The notes under the pieces: model-generated
The model's database searches: none
What the model was told of the DNA's origin: nothing
Seen by the model: only the letters and a program-made list of their open reading frames with translations
Shown: positions 39,729-52,264 of the stretch, one piece after another
How the letters are laid out: the number at the start of each line of letters is the position of its first letter
Position numbering within the stretch: the first letter of the stretch is position 1
DNA from: Azolla caroliniana
Taxonomy: Eukaryota; Plantae; Polypodiophyta
Reading direction: 5' to 3'
Assembly (NCBI GenBank): GCA_043228905.1
Contig: JBHGNT010000012.1
Location: 20,336,001-20,400,000 of the forward strand
Length of the DNA: 64,000 bases
Translations under genes and position numbers: made by a program

Positions 39729-40027
39729 TGGATTGGCAAGGTCAGAAGCTCGCAGAGGAGATAATGCAGTGGGGTGTATTAGCTGCTGCAGCCATCGCTT
39801 TCCTGGTCGGCTACTTCATGTCTTCTTTCCAGATCATGCTCATTGTCTATGGAGTCCTTACTCTCGTCGTCTTGCTCCTCGTCGTCCCTGACTGGGGCTT
39901 CTTCAACAAGAACCCTCTGGAATGGCTAGATCCCAAGCTCGCTCTACCTCCGTCCTCCTCCTCAGCATCAGATGGAAAGACACAGACTATTAATTCCAAG
40001 AAGACATCTAAACCTTCGAAAAAATAA
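39728..40027 (+). CDS. SPCS1: Microsomal signal peptidase complex 12 kDa subunit (SPC12/SPCS1), 99 aa
   Basis: MDWQGQKLAE start, two TM helices and VPDWGFFNKNPLEWLDP, characteristic of plant SPC12. Confidence 0.93.
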
Positions 40028-42688
40028 GGTCCTTTTTTTTTGCTTTGCTTTTTCTATACATGGCACCCTCCGATCGTGTCTTTCTGCTCGTTTCAGGATG
40101 TAATAGACTCAGAGCTGTGAAGAAATAGGCAGAAAATGATCATATTTTGCCCTTTCTTTTCTGATGTAAGAGACCGTAGACTATTTTTCATAGTCAAGAT
40201 TAATCACTTCCGTTTCGATTCATCTATGTGCATCAGATCTAAAATTAATCACGGTGATCATCTCCCTGCTGAGAGATGCCGGATTTCCTTCCTTCTTTTT
40301 AGTTTATTCAAATTAACAGATTATCCCATCTAAACTCTCGGTTTCTAATCATATCACAATCATTTGGTGCTCAAGGTGGAGAATTTCCCCCGTTGTCCAA
40401 GATGTAAGAGACCCTAGATTTTATCCTAAACCTCAAACCATAACTATTGAGCTTGTTTGGCTTATAACCATTTCCTGCTATATATACTGAACTCTCGGTT
40501 TAATCATGATGATAATCCTTTGGTTAAGCTGTTACAGTCATTAGGTATAGCATTCTGTACGCAAGCATATGCTGCATGCTTGGCTTAACCTAACAGGGTT
40601 TTTAAAAACAGCGTCTTTCCCCATGTCTGTCCATTATATTTGTTTAGCATTTAATAGGGCAAAATTTTAAGCCATATGATAGGAATACTAGAGCATGTTC
40701 TGTCTAATCATGTTGATCATATCTTCCGCCAATCTGAACTCGAACTCATGGTTTAATCATGATGTCTCGTTTTCTGATTCAGAGCTATGGTCTCTAAAAT
40801 GGACATTGACTCACTCACTCAAATTATTTACTGTGATTGACTGGCATTCAAAACTTCTGTAACGTCTTTGATGCTAAACTTCTTGCATTGTTCTATGTAT
40901 TTGTTAGCGTAACAGACTCCAGAGTATAGGGCTAAACCATCGATTTATAAAACTATTTTTTATCTCAGGAGAAACAATTGATTTTAAACCACCCCTTCCC
41001 CCCAAAATTAAAAAAAAAAAATTCAGTTTTGCCAAGAAGTTAAAATCCCTTAACATGAAATTTGATACACGTTTTCATTTTCGATTTTCTCAAAATTGGT
41101 GCGACAGTTTTTCAAGTTGACGATGAAAAATGAGCAAATTACGCAAATTTCAATTTTAGAGAGCTTGAAGAGCAAACAACCAAATCAATAGAAAAGTTAT
41201 GCGTCGAGAATTTGTGTGGAATGGAGTGCATAAGTATAAGGAGGGTATCCTGCTTTAGGGATCTTATTGTTCTAGTGCATAAATGCAAACAAGAGTATCC
41301 CTCTCTAGGTCCCCTTGGGGCCTGTCTTGTTGAACCTTGGCTGTGGATTGAACACAGGAATTGATGAGCCCCTCTCTGAGTATTGGCCAGTTTGGATTGC
41401 CGAGAACACTTTAATGATCCTGTTAGGGGTTGTAACCCGATTGTGACATCCCATGAAGAAGAAGCAGAAACTCTTTCTATCTCATCAAAGATGTTCCTAC
41501 CTTTCCATTTTATGCTCATTTTCATTTTCATGTTCATCTCTGCTTTTTGTCGTCCTTGTCATCTTTGTTCGTTCATTTTTTATTTTCCAATAAAAGAAGG
41601 AAATAGACAAATTCGTTCATTGCTACCGTATTTACTTTCCACTTCAGATAGAGACTGTCCTACACAAGATTCTCATTTATCTCTTATTCAATGAAGTTAG
41701 TCTTCCATTTCTTGCCCAGATCCGATCTTTCTCTTTCCTACACAGAGATGAAATTGGCCTGAATAAAGACCCTGACTTGTTGACATAACTTTGACTTTGT
41801 TGGTTCTTGCCATCTCTTTATTAAGAAGCATTTTGTGTTTGTCTGCAGAGATTGAACTTTTGCATGACTAAGGGTATTACTCTGGGCCAGAAAATGGTAT
41901 TCGTTACTATTTTAAGGTTCTTCCCGAGTTCCTTGTTGTGATGTATGCATTGAAGAAGAAGAAGACAAGTAAGAAAATAAACAATGCATTGAGATGAAAT
42001 CTTCCAGACTCTCTCAAAGTAGCGATGACTGTAGTTTTTTTCATGCTTAAAGTGAGAAGGAATAAGGATATCTTTTGCATCATCCTTGCCAGTCCTGCAA
42101 CCTTCCATTGCCTTACTAGTCCTATAGTATTTCATTGCCTAACGAAAATTAGATCATTAGCGCAATTGATTATGCATGTAGATCTTATTTGTAAATTAAC
42201 ATATGGGTTATTATAAAATGACGAGAGAGATGAACATGGTAGTGTTGGAGGAACTCGGGAATCCGATGAATCCCAAATGTTGAATTATGTAGAGGTAATA
42301 GAGAATGTACCAGCCAGCAGACTGGAAGATGCAATGGAATCTCTTGGAAAATGTGAACACTCTCAGATCACTTAAAAAGAATGGAACTCTGGGTCTAAAA
42401 ATTGAATATGGCCGGACTAGTGAAATTGGGGAGATTCTAAATAGGGGATTGAATTGGAGGAGACTATTAAGACTAGAGCACCATGCAAAGAGGGTAGATT
42501 TCCTCTGAAAAGATCCGGGGAACTATTAAGAGCGGAGCGCATAGAAATGTGAAAGGGCTCGGGAGCAATCTTGGAACACTTTGTGTTGTGAAAGGGTTCA
42601 GGATATCAAGTTCAGAGCATCAGAGCACGTGAAAGGACCCTTGACCAACTCTATAGCAAATAGAAATTAGAGAGGGCTCAAGGGTAAA

Positions 42689-43055
42689 CTCAGAGTTACT
42701 TTTGTTGTGACTAGGGTCCAGAGTCAAGTGTGGGGATTGGAGTCTAAGACTCCATCATGCTGATGAGTGGAAAACCATCCAATGATCTTAAAGTCTGAGG
42801 TTGTGGACCGTCAGGTTTGGTGCTTACAAAGCAGGGGCAAAGGGAAGGTGCTATGACCAGCTTTGTAGCAAATAGGAATAAGAGACGGCTCAAGATTAAA
42901 CTCAGAGTTAATTTTTTTGTGACAAGGGTTCAGAGTCAAGTATGGAGTATGATTTAGAGTGTTAGACCCCATCATGCCTATGAGTGGAAAATCATCCAAT
43001 CATCTTGAAGTCAGAATGGAACATCAGGGTTGGTGCTTACAAACTAGGAGCAAAT
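42689..43055. repeat. Diverged ~212-bp tandem duplication
   Basis: CTCAGAGTTA..TTGTGAC.AGGGT.CAGAGTCAAGT..CCATCATGC..ATGAGTGGAAAA.CATCCAAT occurs at 42689 and 42901. Confidence 0.8.
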
Positions 43056-45249
43056 CAAGTTGTCCTTGAACCTAATGAGTAGATGTGCTTTTTTCAATAA
43101 TGCCTCAAATCTCGAACACCATCCACAATTGTTGAGCTCTTAGGGTAGAACATGCACAATGTGCTTTTTGTACGAAGAACAATACACGTGAGGTAGCTCG
43201 AAAAGAATCCGTGTGCTGCTGTAAACAGGCGATGTGCCTGTTTCTGCATCACAAATTTGAGATTTTGTAAAGGAAGTAAGAAGGTTTGAAGAAATGTTGG
43301 CAAAGAAAAATGTGATATATCAATATGCACCAACATACCAATGTACACCAATCAAGTGAGGTGACTTTTGTATAGGTGAGAGATATGTGCCTGCACCACT
43401 GCCATATAAGTGATATACTTAACATACGTCGATTATGATACAACAATTTTAATACATAACTATGAGCTAATCAACTTTGATCTTGTAAAATTGAACACAG
43501 ATGGTCTTTAGTATGACTAATGCTTCGTTAATGTATATAAGATGGATAAGCTTTGGTACACACTTGAATTGGTAATCACTTTAGGAATTTAATATGTTCT
43601 TGATTATAGAAGATAAAGCTTTGGTACACACTTGATTGCTTGTTCAGGTTATAATTTTCATGTTGTCTTTTTTTGCACTGACGTCTCTTGAGAGTTGTAG
43701 AAACTAAATGAATATCCATGGGAGCAATGGTTTTTGGAGCAGAGATCTACCTCCTGCATGTAGTATTTTATGAATAACATGTTAAACATACATAGATTCT
43801 GCTATTTCATTTGGAACTCAAAAATAAATAAGTTATTTCCTTCCCCACCAGCATGTAGGCTCATGTTCATATAGTGCTAGAGTATGTAATAAATCCAGCA
43901 ACACTTTAGGAATCTACCTGGTTGAAGTTGACAAGACCATCAAGCCATTGTGTTGATTAGGGTTTTATTAAGTTTACCATAATAAGTACACCATTGCCAT
44001 GTCTTCCAAGTGTCAATGATCTCATTCTGCATCCAATAACCGAATTTCAGTGATAAAGACATGCAACCTTTGATATGAGTTCATTTGTTCTCTACCTTGT
44101 ATGGCAATGCACAACCATAGGTGTGGTTGTGGAGTCATCATCACACACATGAGATAAAACATGGTCAAGTGGAAACATTTACTAACCTTAAGGGTTTAGA
44201 TTAAATCATGGTGTGGTGTAAGGTTGAGTGAGGCTTTTATTTAGCATTTTGATAAGTCTTTGTAATATTGCAAAACCAACATCAACAAAGAGTAGAGTAG
44301 AAATGAATGTAAAATATGCTAGGGTGGATAATGCAAAGCATATTAGCAAGAACGCTCAGTGTCATGTGGAGTCAGCATAGAATCATCTTTTTAACATGTT
44401 TGGACAAAAGGTGTCATAGATATGTACTCTGCTTCTACCTCATGAAATATCAAATAGTCATACAACTAGATCAAGATAAGATATCATTTACTTTCTCAAC
44501 TTTTGCTAATAAGCAAGTGATCTAGTTTCAAAGCTAAACAAGTCAAAATCTCTACATAATTGAAGTGTTTGCAACATGACATTTGATTAGTCTCTACATC
44601 GTGAAGAATGCTTAATTAAATCTCTTGCGAGAGCTAAATTAATTAGAAGAATCTCTACATGATGATGGATGCTTAGTAGTACCGCTTTCTATAAATTAAG
44701 TAATCAAATACTTATTAGGGAGCTGAACTTATCAAAGATCCAAGATTATGCCTCATACTCACCATGGCATAAGAGACTCATGGAATCAATTGGCATGTGC
44801 TCTCCATGAAGATCGGTAATTGTCTCCCCCAAAGTAATGTGATGATGTATGGGGTTGGCCAATCAGATTTAATATTCTTCATGCATGGAAGAAACGTGTC
44901 ATCTTAGCGAACCAATCTATGGTCTTTGGAAGATGGGAGATTGGTGATGAAATCTAAAGATGAACTTCCATGATTGTTGGGAACTAAGAATGCTTGTAGT
45001 AAAATATAAGTTTAGTGTCAAGGACTCTTTTGAGAGGCAACATTCATTACAACTACCAATGTAGTCCTCAAAGAAGTTAGGAAGTTACGACCACTAATAT
45101 CTTCTAGAGGTTGGACCTAAAGTCAATATAACTCCAAAATGTCTAGCTATTGGCATGCCATGGTAGTGTTGTGAGACTTGGAGTGATGACGACCATCATA
45201 GAGTACATTTTATATATATTTTCAAAAAAGTAAATCATTGCCAACTAAT

Positions 45250-46100
45250 TAACTTATTATAATCTTTACGAGAACTCTTTGACCTCAAACTAGAAGCACA
45301 ACTTGGAACAATATTATTTAGGATATTTTGTGCGAATTTATGTGCTACAAGATCATTATGAACGGAATTAGTAATAATTGAATTTGTGGTTATCTCTAAG
45401 ATGCTAACTGACCTCAAGTGCAAACATTCAACACCCAAGAGGACTTGCTTTTAATAGTCGAAATTGGTCTTTCCTAGAAAAGATGCCTTATAGAAATTTC
45501 ATAATAGAGCATTTGCATTTCCTTATTCTATTCTTGGATGGCACACAATCATAAAATCGAAATGTGTAAGAAACTACGCCAAATGAGCTTATTGTTGACT
45601 CAAGACTTGAGCATTCTTGAAGTGTGTAAGGTTCTTGTGACCATTGTAGACAATGATCTAATGGGGAGAACCTTCCAAACAGTGTTGGCCAATGTTCAAA
45701 ATAAATTTTGATGACCAAGAGCTCCTTGTCATAAATCTTGCAGTTGATTTCACGCCTTGAATTTATTGTGAATGGAAAGCGACTAGATGTGATTGCATGT
45801 TGTTTTTGGTTTGTGACAAGGCATTTCTTAAAGAAGGTTGATCCACCACCAAGAGAATGTGAATGCCCAAATTTCTTCTATTTATTATCAAAAACATTGA
45901 GCTATGATAATGATGGATTATAAATTGGTCCATGTGGAGTGGTTTTTCCTTATTGAAGATTGATAGGACAATCATAAGGTCGATGTTCTTAGAATTTACC
46001 AACCTTCTCCTTATCGAAGAGATTTGTAAACTCTTGATACTTGGTTCGAAGTAAGATTTTTGGATTAAGGAATTCTTAGCCATGAAACAAGTGTTGGCTC
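45250..46100 (-). mobile_element. Highly decayed retroelement pol remnant, possibly Ty3/gypsy RT
   Basis: Fragmentary translations (PHGPIY, GIHILLV, LRNALSQTKNN) occur in the order expected for a gypsy RT N-terminus. Weak. Confidence 0.3.
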
Positions 46101-46687
46101 TTGAATCTAAGAGAGGAGAGGCAAGTACTCATGACACCAAGTAGTACTAAGTACAACTTGTGTTGCAAAAACCCTACTTACTCGATTTGAGAAGATAGAA
46201 CCATTGCTATGTACCAACTCTTAACTTCTAGGTTATCCAAGAAAATGACTCTTAATTTTGGTTAGACTTACTTATTTAACATTTCATGTAGCGGGTTAAG
46301 GACTTCAAACCTATTGGATGGTGTAAGGCTACTAGGGCTACTAGGATTTCTAGATATAATTGGAGAATCAAGAGAAAGTTTACCACCAACACTTGATTAA
46401 TTTGACAATATCAACGAAGACAATTTATCACCTTGTGTCATATGCCCCAAAATTATAGTTAGCCGATTTGCTCGTTGTTGCTAATTTTCCATTTTAGTAA
46501 ATGGCCCTCGATGACCCCCGAGGCATAATCCGAGATTGGGTGATCTCTTTGTCTCAATCTTCAAATCTTGTTGATTGTTGTTCTTATAATATATGTATCC
46601 CTAAAGCTTGCTTGGGATTCCAAGTGATGAAACCATCAAAACTTTCTAACAAGGAAGAGTTCTCTTCTAATAATGGTGCAAACCGTG

Positions 46688-47030
46688 CTAGTGGTGTACT
46701 TGTTAGTAGTGGTCCTCCCAACTTAACTCCAGATGTATTTGTTGGATATATATATTGGGATGCTATTTCATAACAAGGTGCACTTGGTTTACAAATCCTC
46801 TAGTGGGTGTACTTGTTAGTAGTGGTCCTCCCAACTCAACTCCAGATGTATTTGTTGGATATATATATTGGGATGCTATTTCATAACAAGGTGCACTTGG
46901 TTTACAAATCCTCTAGTGGGTGTACTTGTTAGTAGTGGTCCTCCCAACTCAACTCCAGATGTATTTGTTGGATATATATATTGGGATGCATTTTCATGAC
47001 AAGGTGCACTAAGGCACTTGGTTTACAAAT
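46688..47030. repeat. ~113-bp tandem repeat x3
   Basis: CTAGTGG(G)TGTACTTGTTAGTAGTGGTCCTCCCAACT... starts at 46688, 46800 and 46913. Confidence 0.92.
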
Positions 47031-47323
47031 CCTTAAAATTGAGATCAAGCACCATCAAATCTTTGGTTTCTTGTGGGGGATTTTGAAACTTGAATCTCAG
47101 TGCCCCATAGATAACATAGTAGCTTCAAGTTAGAAACCACTTAGTTGTTGTAAATGCTTAAGGAATCTCTAGATTTTGTGCTCTAATGCCACAAATTTTG
47201 TTGATGGAGAATCATGTTAGAAGAGAATGCACATGTACCCTTGCTTTTGGGCGAACTCCATTGTATCGATAAAGCTTGGAAAAAGTCTTGAAAGAAAAAA
47301 GGGATTCCAATTCAAGTTGTCAT

Positions 47324-47483
47324 GAGTCAAAGCCAAAAACTAGATTGAACTGGAAAAGAGAAATACTAAGAAAACGAGTCAAAGCCAAAAACTAGATTGA
47401 ACTGGAAAAGAGAAATACTAAGAAAACGAGTCAAAGCCAAAAACTAGATTGAACTGGAAAAGAGAAATACTAAGAAAACGAGT
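47324..47483. repeat. Perfect 52-bp tandem repeat x3
   Basis: GAGTCAAAGCCAAAAACTAGATTGAACTGGAAAAGAGAAATACTAAGAAAAC starts at 47324, 47376 and 47428. Confidence 0.95.
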
Positions 47484-47825
47484 TTATATAATGAACAAGA
47501 GGGACAAAAATTACAAGATACGTTGAAGACTAGCGTGGAACTGGAATCATTCATCAATGACTATAGCACATGCTTATATGGCATGGTTGGACACAAGCAT
47601 GCTTGCCAGTGCCACCACTTAGCCATGTATGATATCCACTTTGCATTCATGCAAGCATGCCATTTCATGGTCATACATAAGCTTGTGTGAGGTAGGGCCT
47701 ACACTATGTATGAAAATGATACAATAAAATTATGTATAGTACGATATATATTAGTAATTAAAGATGAAGTCATGCTTCAAATCCCTATGATGACTATGGC
47801 GTTTTGTATATATGCTCATGTCAAT

Positions 47826-48258
47826 TAACAATCGACAATGGTTTAGTTTGAACCGAATTGAACCGCAAAACCATGGCTTAATGGTTTAAACAGTTTGGTT
47901 CGATTGGTCCAGGTTCAAGTTTTTGTAAATGGTTTGGTGTGAGCCTTTATCTATTTAATGGTTTTTGGTTTAAACAAATTGAAACCGTGGTTCATACGGT
48001 TAAAAAAATAAAAATTTGAAAATCTTTAAAATTAAAATGTGAAAATTTGAATTTTGACCTAACTTGAAAACCAAAATCAAACCGCGAAACCGTTGTTTTA
48101 ACGGTTTGAAAGTCTCTAAAACGGTTTGGTTTGAGCTTGAATTTTTTGTAATGGTTCGGTTTGAATGGTTTTGTGGTCCGGTTCGGTTTAAGTTTTAATT
48201 TTTTTAAACGGTTTGAGTTTGATAGTCTTGAACTGAACTGAACCATTGCTGATTGTTT
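47826..48258. mobile_element. hAT-superfamily MITE with an 8-bp target-site duplication
   Basis: TIRs TAACAATCGACAATGGTT and (rc) AAACAATCAGCAATGGTT match 15/18. ATGTCAAT flanks both sides (47818-47825 and 48259-48266). AACCG-rich interior. Confidence 0.8.
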
Positions 48259-49299
48259 ATGTCAATGGTCCTATAGATCATAACACCAAAGAGTGGCACT
48301 AGAGTGTTGGTTCGACTCAAGTAGTCTTTGAGGTTGTAGGGAAGAATTGGGAAGTCGCTCGACTTTCTCAAGAAGAAGAGGTTAGATCACTTGAGCTCCC
48401 ATCGATGATATGGCCACAATGGATATCAATTATCTTATAGATGTACTCACTAGCAAATGAAGTGAGGATTCCAAGAATAACAAATTGTGGTACTGTTACA
48501 AGCAAATGTAAACCATTTAAGAGATGGAATGTGACAACACTTCTTGAGCTACCCATTGATCGTTTGCTCAACCAAATTTAATGAGGATGCCAACAATAAC
48601 AATTTGTCTTACTATTACAGACATGTTAGGACAACTACTAGGAAATTACAAGATGCTCCCAACTTCATCTTGGCAACCCAATACCCTATTTACCGTAACG
48701 GATGCTCCTCTACAATTCTAGTCATAGTCTTGAAATTGAGGATGTAGTTGAGTCAGCTAGTTAGGACAAACTAAGAATGTGCCACACCATTCATAATTGC
48801 TGAAACCAATCAATTGTGCACAAATTAAGTCAAACAAATGTCACATGTTAGACACATATATATACTCTCTACTAAACCTTAAGAGAGACGTTAAGAAAAT
48901 ACATGGGCCATATGTGGCTACACCTTTGCACCAAGAATAACATCAACTCTTGAGAGGTCTTATTTCTAGTCTCCCATAGGACATTAGCTATATCATTTCA
49001 TCAACCCTCCACCAAGTGGAAAAGTAATAAGTGAAAGAGAATATTGAAACTTGAGTTTGTGATTGATGTCTTGTTAGAAATGCATGTGATAGCCGCCATT
49101 GATTACATCAAATTTACATGTCATTTATGCATTACATTACATAATTCCAAATGGAAAGGTAATTGACACCTCCAAGTTTGCTACAAAATGTTCATGTGAA
49201 CATGCCCCATACCATGAGAAAGGATGGATAATTGCAATAATATGCATCATTAGACCATTTTTAAGTTTCCTTTGAATGCACACATCAAATGTTGGATGA

Positions 49300-50450
49300 T
49301 TTCTAGCATATAATGGCGACACAACCCCGTTCGATTATCTCTTCTTTTCTTCAAGATAATTTTCATTGAGTTATGGCATAACTAGTTAACGTGTTTATAT
49401 GATATGTCACCCAAAGTTCATGGTGTTTTGACATGGGATATTTATCTCCCTAATATCAACTTTGTACCCATCATTATGGAATTTCTCATGCATAGAAAAG
49501 CAAACAAGTGACACACATCCAACAATTGTTAAACCTATCTAGTGAGTTAAATGATGATTTTTTGGATGTACAACCTATCGTACCTCGAACTTTACAAATT
49601 ACTCGTCATTGTCACATTCCATATCTTAACTAATATGTAGGTGTTGTCCGCCATCTGAAGAGAAGATTTCGCTTTTATTTATCGTGTTTTGTTTATAACG
49701 TCTCAAGTTTGGACTAGTTGGACTATGTGCCTCCACAACCTTTGATTTGGCTCATACATGTGGACATTGATCAGATTGTTTAGTTTCGATGGGTCTCATT
49801 CCATGTTGGGGGACATCATTAAGTGTGCCTTGGTATCCTTCTTCCACATGCCTCCATCACATATAGCAAGACTTAGATGATCAATATATTTACATTTCAT
49901 GTATTTGGTTTTCCTTACGGTCACAACTTTAACCCTTCTATATTGGAAATGGAAGTGACATATTAGCAAGCCCAAACATTGATAGGCACCTGATGTTCAT
50001 TGAGGTCAATTCTAAATGTGGGCCACATTTGGTAATGAAAAATAAAAATAAGGGAACATTCACTCAATAGTTGCATAGTAAAGCCGAGATTGGCTACACC
50101 TTTCTTTCTAAAAGAATTTCTATGCCCAAAGGATATTTTTTGGTTATGCAATCTAAATGACCCACCTTAGCAAAGGAAGATCGGTCCTTTTAAGATGTGA
50201 TGGCAAAGAAAGGGCCATCATTTTCTAAGCTAAGTAGAATGACACCAAGAAGAGGGCTAACTTTGGACTCTTGTACCGTAAGATGTTTGACACATTTCAT
50301 GGCTATGCTCAAGGTCATGACGGATTGAGTTTCTCCTTGCTTTTGTTACGATGAAAAGGAAGTAGTGTGTCTATACTCATGCCATGGGGTTCAAACCTTC
50401 ATGTTGAAATCGATCTAACCAGATAAATATATAGAGAGAAATCCTAGTTA
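49300..50450 (+). mobile_element. Highly decayed retroelement RT/RNase H remnant, possibly gypsy
   Basis: DLDDQYI (~49870, YxDD-like) is followed by DGKERAIIF (~50199, like the gypsy RNase H DGKERPI). Weak. Confidence 0.3.
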
Positions 50451-50874
50451 TTATTTCCCATGTAATAATTAACGAGGAGACATTATTGTACCATGTTGGA
50501 GAGCGAAGTTGAAGTCTCTTAGTGTGTTGGATTATGTGAGAATCTAAGCAAGTTCGTGTAAGAAAGAAACTTGTAAGTTGATGGCCAAGATGGCGTCAAT
50601 CAATAAGATCCGAGAACATAAAGTTATGTGTATATAAAATGCTATAACGTTGCAATCGGATCTTCAAAAAAGTCTTTCAATATCTGACCACCTCATACAT
50701 CCTAATGGGGGGCTCCAAGGTTAAAATATTGAACATAACCAATGTCTTTTTTGTTGATGTTATCTCGTACAAGTAACAAAACAAGTAAGATGATCGGGAG
50801 CCATATTTCAATGAACTCCTCCACGGAACCACGAGGGATGCATCCATCAATCGAAATGTTAATCAACATTATGG

Positions 50875-51256
50875 CTTGTTTACTACATAAAGAGTTTTCT
50901 CATCGCTAGCACACGGAATTTACCTTCATAAACACTCTCATCTCGTCACCTATACTCATTTTCCGACTTTACATGATACGTGATTGTTGGGGGCAGAGGA
51001 TGTATAATGTCTCCTCCACTACTACCACAGAATTGCGAATCTCTTGGTCCTCCTCGTTAGCTTGTTTGCTACATAATGAGTTTTCCATTGCTAGCGCACG
51101 AAAATTACCTTCGTAAAACGCTCTCATCTCATCACCTATACTCAGTTTTCCGACTTTACATGATGTGCGATCGTGGGAGGGGAAATGTCCCTAGGAGATG
51201 TGTCATATCCCCTGAGCTTCTACTACGGATCACAAATCTCATGATCCCTCCTCATT
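50875..51256. repeat. Diverged ~185-bp tandem duplication
   Basis: GCTTGTTT.CTACATAA.GAGTTTT..CTCTCATCTC.TCACCTATACTCA.TTTTCCGACTTTACATGAT occurs at 50875 and 51060. Confidence 0.85.
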
Positions 51257-52264
51257 AGACACCGTAAAGGCGATAATGGCGAGACACAAGAGATAGTAAT
51301 AGTACTTGACAAAGGAGAGCAATATGTATGTAGAGTGTAGGGTTTTCTTCGATGATTCGTGTACTACTCGCGTCCCGCGGGAGACTCCGGGACATATCTA
51401 TGGCGTAACCCGCCCCCCCCCACCCCGTCAGGGGAGGATCGAACTTGGGCCCTCCCAATTGACTCAAAATCTCAGACAGATAGAGATCCCCAAAATCTGA
51501 TAATGATTTGATATGCACCCCATTGTTTTGCTTCTCAATAGGAAATTGATTCAATTTCTTATAAAAACAGACAACACAACCTTTCAATCCTTCACAAAGT
51601 GTGAGGTGGATCATCACCACCAAATCATTCACAAAGTGAGAGGAGAATCATCACCAACAAATCTTTTTGGTGACTGTTGTATGACATTCTCATTTGAAGC
51701 AGAAGCAGAAGAAGCAGCAGAAGAAGAAGAATTGATTTATATGACAGAGCAAAGAAAAGGAAAGGAGCAACCATGTCATCATAAGTTCAATCCATTTGCA
51801 AACATAAGAAAATACATGAGCATTACAACATATACAAATGTTATGGGGGTGTTATTTGTTTATCTCGTGAGGAAAAAAAATTGGGGTTAGCTATCAATCA
51901 TCGCATTGAGTTGGATGGAAGTTTGTATGCTTCCTTCCCTCCATCAAAGACACATTTTGGTCATGGAAGATATAAGTTCAGATTCTTGGCAATGGAACTG
52001 GATTGAATCCTGTCTACTTCAATCCCTCCACCAAGAAAACATTCTCACCATTGAAAAAAATCAGTTCAGATCCTGACAAGCGCAGAAGGCAGTTTATGTT
52101 GTTAATTTCTCTGTGATTCTTGTATAGTTGTTTAGGTATAAAATACAGATTGGACCTGTTCCTCTCTTCCCTCCATCTTCTTCACCGAAGCTTAAGCTTC
52201 CATGAAATCTGTCAGAAACTCTGACATTTGTTTCTTCTACCGTCACTGAGGCATTAATGTTCTT

